Shown: in pieces, positions 25,600 through 26,004 of the stretch
How the letters are laid out: each line of letters begins with the position of its first letter
Position numbering within the stretch: position 1 is the stretch's first letter
Source: a virus
Lineage: Duplodnaviria; Caudoviricetes
Strand: one strand, 5' to 3'
Length of the DNA stretch: 26,004 bases
Virus record (IMG/VR): IMGVR_UViG_3300044512_000579
Span: 1 to 26,004 of that record
Program-made: the position numbers and the translations under genes
Notes under the pieces: model-generated
What the model was told of the DNA's origin: nothing
Database searches by the model: none
What the model saw: the letters and a program-made list of their open reading frames with translations, nothing else

Positions 25600-25739
25600 T
25601 ATTTACCCCTTATTAATTTTAATTTATGCCCTTGATTTTTAAGGCGTTGATATTTGTCTTGCATTGTTGCAAGACATGAACCCCTAAAGGCTAGAAAGCC
25701 TTTAAGAGTTCCGCTATTAATTATTATTTTATATTTCAT
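25599..25739 (-). CDS. 46-aa basic hypothetical protein (not in track)
   Basis: GAGGTG RBS; TAATG coupling at both ends; MKYKIIINSGTLKGFLAFRGSCLATMQDKYQRLKNQGHKLKLIRGK. Confidence 0.68.
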   Translation of the reverse strand: MKYKIIINSGTLKGFLAFRGSCLATMQDKYQRLKNQGHKLKLIRGK

Positions 25740-26002
25740 TATGCCACCTCTTTTGATTTATATAATCTTTCATCGTAACTGTACTTATAAGCCAATTTCT
25801 GAATGTTGTGATCTAAATAAATTGATTGCCCAGTACAACAACGCCCCCAGTATTCGCCATAATCATTATCGATATAAGGCTCATTAATTTCTTTTAATTT
25901 ACTTAAAAGCCAGTCAGAGACTAAATACCATTCATAGATTTCGTTAGTATCCTCTCCGTTGTTTCTAACTTCATCTATTAAATCTTGATTAGTCATATCA
26001 TC
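25739..26002 (-). CDS. Acidic phage early-type protein (probably 5'-truncated by the window edge)
   Basis: Frame is open to the window edge; EIYEWYLVSDWL...WGRCCTGQSI.LD. Confidence 0.75.
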   Translation of the reverse strand, partial: DDMTNQDLIDEVRNNGEDTNEIYEWYLVSDWLLSKLKEINEPYIDNDYGEYWGRCCTGQSIYLDHNIQKLAYKYSYDERLYKSKEVA

Positions 26003-26004
26003 AT

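Noticed and set aside
24073-25887. + strand ORFs 24073..24282, 24270..24524 and 25654..25887
   Set aside because: The region is tiled by - strand genes with good RBSs and coupled starts and stops.
1-26004. tRNA, integrase/att site, DNA polymerase or auxiliary metabolic gene
   Set aside because: None was recognisable by eye, so lifestyle and host cannot be assigned from this window.

Overview
AT-rich fragment of a long-tailed (siphovirus-like) dsDNA phage genome; the gene repertoire resembles marine Caudoviricetes, but the host cannot be determined from the sequence. The + strand carries the 3' part of an HK97-fold major capsid gene, head-tail joining genes (including a tandem paralog pair), tail tube, a -1 frameshifted chaperone, tape measure, tail tip, a 1561-aa modular tail fibre with an S74 chaperone, a lysis cassette, and a recombination/replication module (RecE-like exonuclease, resolvase, SSB-like protein, TOPRIM/AAA_25 primase-helicase followed by an origin-like palindrome). 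The right end holds - strand operons of tiny early-type genes. The most unexplained signal is a set of three co-oriented arrays of a 17-bp GCAAATTTA unit (5, 3 and 10 copies) at operon boundaries in 22.9-25.1 kb. They lie next to a small HTH gene and are flanked by about 1.1 kb of coding DNA free of AATT and by a 66-nt T-free tract. Also notable are nucleotide-level conserved junctions between tail-fibre modules and an identical 25-bp leader shared by two convergent promoters. All product calls come from motif recognition and synteny, not database searches.
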